Source of the DNA: Thermoanaerobaculia bacterium
Lineage (GTDB): Bacteria; Acidobacteriota; Thermoanaerobaculia; Multivoradales; UBA5704
Length of the DNA: 35,664 nt
NCBI GenBank assembly: GCA_044226625.1
Contig: JBGAGQ010000066.1
Coordinates: 1 to 35,664, forward strand
Direction of reading: 5' to 3'
Part shown: positions 29,258 through 35,664 of the stretch, piece after piece
How positions within the stretch are numbered: the first letter of the stretch is position 1
Layout: each line of letters begins with the position of its first letter
The notes under the pieces: model-generated
What the model was told of the DNA's origin: nothing
What the model saw: only the letters and a program-made list of their open reading frames with translations
The model's database searches: none
Position numbers and translations under genes: made by a program

Positions 29258-29282
29258 GGCGTAGCGGTCACGAAGTTCGAAA

Positions 29283-29320
29283 GCGGGCCGGGGAGCGATC
29301 CTCGGCCCGTTTTTCTTTTT
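29283..29320 (+). terminator. Rho-independent terminator after copy 3
   Basis: gcgggccgggga-gcga-tcctcggcccgt-ttttcttttt. Confidence 0.85.
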
Positions 29321-29369
29321 GCCTTTCGAAAGGCTCGATCCACGCCCGCCGGCCGGAGCCTTCGAGCCT

Positions 29370-30965
29370 TCAATCGTAGACCCCGTCGGCGAACCAGTCG
29401 CCGCTCGTCCGATTGCGGAACAGGCGATAGACGCTGCCACCGAACAGCTCGACGTCCCAATACTCTCGGTCGGCGGGATCGTCGGTCCACCATCCGTCCT
29501 CCACGGCCCACGGCCCGGCGGCCACCCTGACGGAGCCGCGAATCTCCAGACGGCGGGCTCCCTCCTCGCCGGCGCCGACCAGCGGCCGTAGCTCGACCGG
29601 GCGCGCGGTGGTCGAGCCCGGATCCGACCCGTCGGTGATGACCTCGAGCGGCAGAGGGGGACGGAGCGATCGGACGCTCAGCAGGCCGCGTCCCTGGCGC
29701 ACGGCGGCGCGCTCGGCGACGAGCGGCGGCGGAGGAGGAGCGAACGCGACCAAGGCGGCGCTCTCCGGGCGATGCCCCTCGACCGGTCGAGGAGAGCCGA
29801 CACGATCCGGACCCAGCAGCGAGAACAGCCGGGCGAGCGTCGCCGCGAGGCGGTCGGGCGAGAGCGCGGCCGGGCCGAGCAGGGAAAGCTGCGCCTCGCG
29901 CGGGCGGTCCGGATGGGCGCGGAAGACGAAGCCGATCACCGGCGCGCCGGGAGGGTTCGCTTCGAGGTCGAGACGGATCAACGAGAGGAGCGTCTTGACG
30001 TCTCGGCTCGGCGCCGGCAGCTCGATCGAACGGCGCAGGTTCCCCTCCGGTTCGAGCACGAGGTCGAGCTCCAGACGCAAACAGGCGAAGCCCGCGCTCT
30101 CCAAGCGGCGCGTGAGCCGTTCGAGCGCCGAGCGGCCGATGAAGAGGAACGGCTCGATCGTCGCGAGCGGCCATTCGAGCCCCATGCCCTCTTCGAAACA
30201 GGGGGGCGGCTCGCGCGGTACGAGCGGGCGGGGGTCGAGCCCGCGAGCCACCTGATGCAGCTCGCTGCCCGAATGGCCGAGGCGGCTCACGACCTCGGCC
30301 GCGGGGAGACGGGCGAAATCGCCGATCGAGCGCATGCCCCAGCGTTCGAGCGTCGCCGCGAGGCCCACCTCGGGCGCCAATCGCGCGAGCGGCAGCGGGG
30401 CGAGAAACGACGCCTCCTCGCCCGGGGGGACGATCACCGGCGATCCGGGCAAGCCGGCGGCGATCCGGGCCGCCAGCTTGCTCGATGCGATCCCCACGCG
30501 CGCGGGCAGCCCGGCGGCGTCGGCGGCGGCGGCGAGATCGCGCCCGAGCGTCCGCTCGACCGCGTCGGGGTCGGGCGACCCCGCACCGCGCGACGAAGCG
30601 GCGCGGGGCAGCCCTTCGAGATCGAGGAAGACCGTGCCGTCGCCCGCGCTTTCGACTCGCGGCGAGAAGGCGTCGGCGAGCTCGATCAACGCCTCTTCGG
30701 CCGCGCGCTCCGCGGTGGCGTCGCGCGGGCGCACGGCGAGCTTCGGACAGAGCGCGCGCGACTGAGGTAGCGAGAGCCCCGGCCGCACGCCGGCCGCGCG
30801 GGCGGCACGGGTCGCGGCGATCACGCGAGAGGCTTGGCCGTTGCCTTCGAGGATCGCGAGCGCCTCGCGAATCAGCTCGGGCTCGCTGCGCAGCCGCGCG
30901 GCGAGCGGGAAGAGCGGCACGCTGAGGCAGGCGAGGCGCGGCCGATCCGACGCGGCCTTGCTCAT
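29370..30965 (-). CDS. imuB: ImuB, catalytically inactive Y-family polymerase accessory
   Basis: Start MSKAAS 30965. ARAAGVRPGLSL.Q....CP, FSPRVE...TVFLDL without the catalytic acids, GIASSKLAARIAA, clamp motif QLSLL, GPW...GWW...REYWDV tail. Confidence 0.88.
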   Translation of the reverse strand: MSKAASDRPRLACLSVPLFPLAARLRSEPELIREALAILEGNGQASRVIAATRAARAAGVRPGLSLPQSRALCPKLAVRPRDATAERAAEEALIELADAFSPRVESAGDGTVFLDLEGLPRAASSRGAGSPDPDAVERTLGRDLAAAADAAGLPARVGIASSKLAARIAAGLPGSPVIVPPGEEASFLAPLPLARLAPEVGLAATLERWGMRSIGDFARLPAAEVVSRLGHSGSELHQVARGLDPRPLVPREPPPCFEEGMGLEWPLATIEPFLFIGRSALERLTRRLESAGFACLRLELDLVLEPEGNLRRSIELPAPSRDVKTLLSLIRLDLEANPPGAPVIGFVFRAHPDRPREAQLSLLGPAALSPDRLAATLARLFSLLGPDRVGSPRPVEGHRPESAALVAFAPPPPPLVAERAAVRQGRGLLSVRSLRPPLPLEVITDGSDPGSTTARPVELRPLVGAGEEGARRLEIRGSVRVAAGPWAVEDGWWTDDPADREYWDVELFGGSVYRLFRNRTSGDWFADGVYD

Positions 30966-31804
30966 GCGGAGACCGCGATCCGGGAGGGCTCGAACGAAAG
31001 ACGTCGCGGCAAGGCGGGCGTCGCGGCGGGGGGAGGAAGCAGGCATTCCGTGCTTCGCCAGGCGACCTCGATGCTGCGGCCGGTGGCGGCGGCGCCGCGT
31101 CTCTTTTCGAGCGCGAGACGCCCTGCCAAACCGGCGAGCAGGAGAGGGGAGAGACCCGAGCCGAGCCAGCGAGCGTTTCCTCGGTCGAGCTCGATGACCG
31201 CCGCCGCCGCCGTGCCGCTCGCCCGGTAAGGGGCCGAGACGAGAAGGGCCGCCCCGCGCGCCGCCGCCGCACGGGCCAGGCGGAGCCAGCCCGCTTCGCC
31301 GCCACGGCCACCGCGCACCGGAGGAAGGCCCAGGTCGATCGCGACGAGCGGAAAGCCCGAACCGAGCAGCATTTCAGCGGCGGCGAGCGCCTGCTCGACG
31401 CTTTGCGGCCGCACCCAGAGCAGTCGGGAGAGGTCGGCTCCCATCGTCTCGGCTTGAGCCGGATCGAGATGGTCTCCCAGGTCGATCAGCGCCACGGCCT
31501 CGCCCGAGCGGGTCGTCGCCGCGATCGTCGTGAGGACCAGAGAGAAGCGTCCGCTCGACCGGCCGCCGACCATCTCTACCAGCTCACCGCGGGGCAGGCC
31601 GCCGTCGAGCAGGCGGTCGAGATCCGGTAAGCCCGTCGGCAACAGCTCGCGCTCGCTCTTCTCCAGAAGCTCGCGCGCGCTCTTCATCCGCCCCCGCAGG
31701 TCCGTGAGAAGCGCCCGAGGGCCGAGCGGTTGGCGCAATCCCTCGTGGGCTTGGATCTCGATCTCTGCGGAGGGGTCGCAATCGGCGGTTCGGACGGCGT
31801 GCAT
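30962..31804 (-). CDS. imuA: ImuA/ImuA'-like RecA-fold protein
   Basis: LPTGLPDLDRLLDGGLPRGELVE, degenerate Walker A GGRSSGRFS, GADLSRLLWVRP, ATGA overlap with imuB. The start could instead be 31687. Confidence 0.82.
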   Translation of the reverse strand: MHAVRTADCDPSAEIEIQAHEGLRQPLGPRALLTDLRGRMKSARELLEKSERELLPTGLPDLDRLLDGGLPRGELVEMVGGRSSGRFSLVLTTIAATTRSGEAVALIDLGDHLDPAQAETMGADLSRLLWVRPQSVEQALAAAEMLLGSGFPLVAIDLGLPPVRGGRGGEAGWLRLARAAAARGAALLVSAPYRASGTAAAAVIELDRGNARWLGSGLSPLLLAGLAGRLALEKRRGAAATGRSIEVAWRSTECLLPPPAATPALPRRLSFEPSRIAVSA

Positions 31805-31832
31805 GGTCGGCGTTCGCTTTCAGGTGGCTGGG

Positions 31833-31867
31833 AGCGTAGGCGTAGAAGAGGCGTAAGTCAATCGTAA
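31833..31867 (-). promoter_or_regulatory. Sigma70-type promoter of imuA overlapped by TACG direct repeats
   Basis: Minus strand TTGACT (31861-31856), 17 nt, TACGCT (31838-31833). CGTA on + at 31841, 31852 and 31863 (11-bp period). Confidence 0.7.
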
Positions 31868-31998
31868 GTAACTCATCTTTAATGGCTTCTGGTTGCAATC
31901 GGATTTTGGGGTCAGCGCAAAAGGAGACGCTTCGGCGATCCTGGTTCTCGATTCTGATCACCGGAAAGGAGCGCCTCGGGAGGTATGATTCCGACGCG

Positions 31999-32634
31999 AT
32001 GAGCCTCTCCGACCTACGCCGCGACTACACCGCACGAGAGTTGGTCGAAGCCGACGCCGGGGACGATCCGCTCGAGCTGTTTCGCCGCTGGTTCGCGGAA
32101 GCCCTGGCGTCCGACGACGACGCCAACGCGATGACGCTGGCGACGGTCGATGAGGCGGGTCGGCCGTCCGCGCGGATCGTCCTGATCAAAGGGGCCGACG
32201 AGCGCGGGCTCACCTTCTTCACCAACTACGACAGCCGCAAGGGGCGCGAGCTGGCGCAAAATCCGTTTGCCGCCCTTACCTTCTTCTGGCCGCGGCTCGA
32301 TCGCCAGGTACGGATCGAAGGAAGGGTAGAGCGCACCTCGCGAGAGGAGTCGGAGGAGTACTTCCGCAGCCGCCCACGCGCGTCGCGGATCGGCGCTTGG
32401 GCCTCCGCCCAGTCTCAGCCGATCGGCGGCCGAGAGGACATCGAACGCGCCGTGGCGGCTCTGGAAGCACGGTTTCCCGGCGAAGAGATCCCTTGTCCGC
32501 AGTTTTGGGGGGGATTTCGGCTGATCCCGGAAGCCTGGGAGTTCTGGCAAGGGCGCCCCAGCCGCCTTCACGATCGCCTCCGCTTTACGCAGGATCTCGC
32601 AAAGGCCTGGTTCCGCAAGCGGCTCTCGCCGTAG
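31999..32634 (+). CDS. pdxH: Pyridoxine/pyridoxamine 5'-phosphate oxidase
   Basis: [68 protein letters not shown]. Confidence 0.96.
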   Translation: MSLSDLRRDYTARELVEADAGDDPLELFRRWFAEALASDDDANAMTLATVDEAGRPSARIVLIKGADERGLTFFTNYDSRKGRELAQNPFAALTFFWPRLDRQVRIEGRVERTSREESEEYFRSRPRASRIGAWASAQSQPIGGREDIERAVAALEARFPGEEIPCPQFWGGFRLIPEAWEFWQGRPSRLHDRLRFTQDLAKAWFRKRLSP

Positions 32635-32644
32635 CGGACAACGG

Positions 32645-33853
32645 ATGGTCGGGGCGAGCTCTCCATCGAACGAGGCCGAACGGATCGCCCGGTGGCGGGC
32701 GGATACGCCGGGGTGCGCGGAGAGGATCCACCTCAACAACGCGGGATCGGCGCTCCCCGTCCGTTCGACGCTCGCCGCTCAGGTGGGGTACCTCGAGCGC
32801 GAGGCGCTGCTGGGGGGCTACGAGATCGAGGACGCCGAGATGGCGGTGTCCGAGGCCGCCTACGGCCACCTCGCGCGCCTGGTCGGGGCCGCGCCGCGGA
32901 ACCTGGCCATCATCGAGAACGCCACGGTCGGTTTCGCCCAGGCGCTCTCGGCGTTCGACTTCAACCCGGGCGACCGCCTCGTGACGACCCATGAAGACTA
33001 TCCCTCGAACCATCTGATGTTCCTCTCGCTCGCCGAGCGACGAGGGCTCGAGGTGGTCCGGGCGGACGACCTCCCGGAAGGGGGAGCGGATCCGGATTCG
33101 ATCGCGAAGCTCGCCGCGCATCCCCGCTGCCGCCTGGTCGCGGTGAGCTGGATTCCCACCAACTCCGGTTTGATCCAGCCGGTCGAGGCGATCGGCGAGG
33201 TCTGCGAGCGGCTCGGAGTTCCCTATCTCGTCGACGCTTGCCAGGCGGTGGGGCAGCTGTCGGTCGACCTCTCGGTGCTCCGGTGCGACTACCTGTCGGC
33301 GTCGGCGCGCAAGTTCCTGCGGGGACCGCGGGGGATCGGCTTCTTGGCGGTGTCGGATCGGGCTCTCGAGCGGGGAGACGCCCCCCTCCTTCCCGACATG
33401 CGGGGCGCCGATTGGACCGGCGCGGAGACCTACGTGAAAGTCGATTCGGCCCGTCGATTCGAAAACTGGGAGTTCAACTACGCCCTGGTCCACGGGCTCG
33501 GCGAGGCGGCGCGATACGCGGTCGACGAAGCGGGCGAGGAGGGGCGGCGACGTGCCTTGACCCTCGCGGCCCGAGCTCGCGAGAAGTTGGCGGAAATTCC
33601 GGGCGTCGCGATCGCCGACCGGGGACGGAACCTCGCGGCGATCGTCACCGCGACGGTCGAAGGAAGAGATCTACCGGAGCTGGTGCTGACCCTCCGAGGT
33701 CGTGGCATCAACCTTCACGCTTCCAACCGGATCGCCTATTTCCAAGGCGGCGGACGGAGCCGATCCCTGCTCCGCATCTCACCGCACTACTACAACACCG
33801 AACGGGAGGTCGACGGGGCGATCGAAGCGCTCGGCGAGCTGATCGCGAGCTAG
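32645..33853 (+). CDS. Class V PLP-dependent enzyme (C-S lyase/cysteine desulfurase-like)
   Basis: IHLNNAGS, ENAT, VDACQAVGQ, CDYLSASARKFLRGPRG (PLP Lys), RISPHYYNT..E. Confidence 0.88.
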   Translation: MVGASSPSNEAERIARWRADTPGCAERIHLNNAGSALPVRSTLAAQVGYLEREALLGGYEIEDAEMAVSEAAYGHLARLVGAAPRNLAIIENATVGFAQALSAFDFNPGDRLVTTHEDYPSNHLMFLSLAERRGLEVVRADDLPEGGADPDSIAKLAAHPRCRLVAVSWIPTNSGLIQPVEAIGEVCERLGVPYLVDACQAVGQLSVDLSVLRCDYLSASARKFLRGPRGIGFLAVSDRALERGDAPLLPDMRGADWTGAETYVKVDSARRFENWEFNYALVHGLGEAARYAVDEAGEEGRRRALTLAARAREKLAEIPGVAIADRGRNLAAIVTATVEGRDLPELVLTLRGRGINLHASNRIAYFQGGGRSRSLLRISPHYYNTEREVDGAIEALGELIAS

Positions 33854-33990
33854 CGAGCTCGGCCTCGACGGCGCCGCGCGCTGTCCCTCTTTGCCGCTTC
33901 AGATACACTCCAGCGTGGGGCGTCCATCGCTCTAACCGCTACCTTTTCAGCCGTTTACCGTTCTACTCCAGAACAGCAACGAGACCGACA

Positions 33991-35664
33991 TTGCGTCTAC
34001 CGTCGTCGCCTCAGCCGGTGGCCGAGGAAAGCCTGGCCGCGTCGCCTGCGATCTCCTCCGACCCCGTTCACGCGCCGCTTTCCTACGGGCAGGAAGCGCT
34101 CTGGTTCCTCTCCCGCCTGGCGCCCTCCTCGCGCGCCTACCATCTGTGCGGCGCCGCGCGTCTCCTTTCCCCCTGCGACGAGCGTACGGCGCAAACCGTC
34201 GCGCGCTCCTTCACGGCCCTGGCCCTTCGCCATCCCGCTCTCCGCACCACGTTCGGTGAAGGCGAAGGAGGATCCCCCGAGCAGCGGGTCGGCAGCGGTC
34301 CGGGCCTCGTCTTCTCCCACCGACACGTCGACAAGGGTGACGAACTAGCTCCACATCTCTCCGCCGAGCTCGACGCCCCGTTCGACCTCGAGCGCGGCCC
34401 GCTCGTCCGCGCCGGGCTGATCACCTCCGATGCAACGGGCGAGACGATCCTCTGGCTCGCCGCCCACCATCTCGTGGCCGATTTCTGGTCGCTCGCCGTG
34501 ATGCTGCGAGACGTCGGTGCGGCCTACGCGAACGGCGGAGCTCTCCCTCCCAATTCGACGGACGACGCGCAGCTCACCTACGCCCAATGGACCCTCTGGC
34601 AGCGCGAACGGGCGGCCAGCGAGGAGGGGGAGCGGGAGCTGGCCGAATGGAAAGAGGCGCTCTCGGGCGAGCTGCCGCGGCTCGAGATCCCGACCGACCG
34701 GCCCCGCCGCGGCAAAGCCACCTGGGACGGCGGGGCCGTCGACCTCGCGGTCGGAGCGGAGGCGGTCCGCGCGCTGGGCAAGGTGGCTCGCGGATCGAAG
34801 TCCAATCTCTTCTCCGCCCTCGTCGCGGCGTTTCAGTCGTTCCTGGCGCGGCTCTCGGGGCAAGACGACGTGATTGTCGGCACGCCGACAACCGGTGGGC
34901 TATTTCGTCAACCCGATCCCGGTGCGAGCGGACCTCTCTGGCGACCCTTCCTTCTCCGAGCTTCTCTCGAGACAACGACCGACGATTCAGAGAGCGCTCG
35001 CGCTCCAGTCCTATCCGTTCTCCCGGCTCGCTGAAGAGATCCAGCCGGAGCGCGACGCCGGCCGCTCGCCGCTCTTCGACGCGATGTTCGCCTATGAGAA
35101 GGCGCGGGGCGGAGAGGGCTTCTGGGGATTCGCGCTCGGTCTCGCGGGGACGAGCGTCGACCTGGGAGGGCTCGCGATCGAATCGTTACGCGTCGAGCCC
35201 ACCGGTTCGCCGTTCGATCTGTCGCTCGCCGTCTCGGAGGTCGAAGGGGGTCTCGCCGGTTCGCTCCGCTACTCGAGCGAATTGTTCGACCGGTCGACGA
35301 TCGAGCGCTGGGCCGCCTGGTGGGTACGACTCGTCGAAGGGGCCGCGGCGAATCCCGCGCTTCGCCTCTTTGAGCTGCCGCTCCTCTCGGACTCCGAGCG
35401 GACGGAGCTTCTGGCGCTCGGAGCCTCGGGGCCTTCGGCGGACAAAAGCGTCAGCGAAGGAAAAAAGCTTCTCGACGGGGCGTTCGCCGAATGGGAAAAC
35501 CAAACTCCCCAGGCGCTCGCGGTTGCCGACAGCCAAACCCGCTGGACCTATCGCGAGCTGGGGGAGCGCGCGAACACCCTCGCGCATCGCCTGCGCTCGC
35601 TCGGTATCGCCGAAGAATCGCGGGTCGCCGTCTGCCTGGACCGCTCCGCCGCCTTCGTCGCTTC
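33991..35664 (+). pseudogene. NRPS (condensation + start of adenylation domain) with a frameshift at ~34892-34896; runs off the window. Real lesion or assembly error
   Basis: PLSYGQEALWFL, RHPALRTTF, FDLERGPLVR, HHLVADFWS, DVIVGTPTTG. Continues in the +1 frame as PVGYFVNP...YPFSRL...PERDAGRSPLF...FDLSL...WTYRELGERANTLAHRL. Start uncertain (TTG 33991 or GTG 34018). Confidence 0.8.

Noticed and set aside
29370-30965. Calling this gene dinB (Pol IV)
   Set aside because: The catalytic acidic motifs are missing, and it is coupled to an imuA-like gene.
33238-33990. N-terminal extension of the NRPS ORF overlapping the PLP enzyme
   Set aside because: Low-complexity alternate-frame translation; NRPS motifs begin only near 34070.

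Overview
High-GC bacterial chromosomal segment. Several secreted proteins carry C-terminal domains and a repeated 'PAATLLLPYFEVDL' family that I associate with Thermoanaerobaculia-like Acidobacteriota; that taxonomy is inferred, not shown. Housekeeping and stress genes include sufT, def-like, an HD hydrolase, a PrsA/SurA-type foldase, an M13 peptidase, a short asparaginase-like gene, a CoA Nudix, a class II photolyase, a GT14, DUF2071, DoxX, typA, imuA-imuB, pdxH and a class V PLP enzyme. Three accessory loci stand out. (1) A bufferin-like MNIO (DUF692) RiPP operon has an unusual twin-arginine, 10-Cys, internally duplicated precursor and a non-DoxX membrane gene. (2) Three paralogous secreted six-Cys proteins of unknown function bracket a 1314-aa multidomain zinc protease, forming a candidate surface-layer system. 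(3) An NRPS start at the right edge has a condensation domain broken by a frameshifting ~29-nt deletion. Non-coding signals include a clean sigma70 promoter for imuA overlapped by TACG-N7-TACG direct repeats, two helically phased repeat arrays flanking doxX, REP-like hairpins and terminators. I saw no tRNA, rRNA, CRISPR array or transposase.
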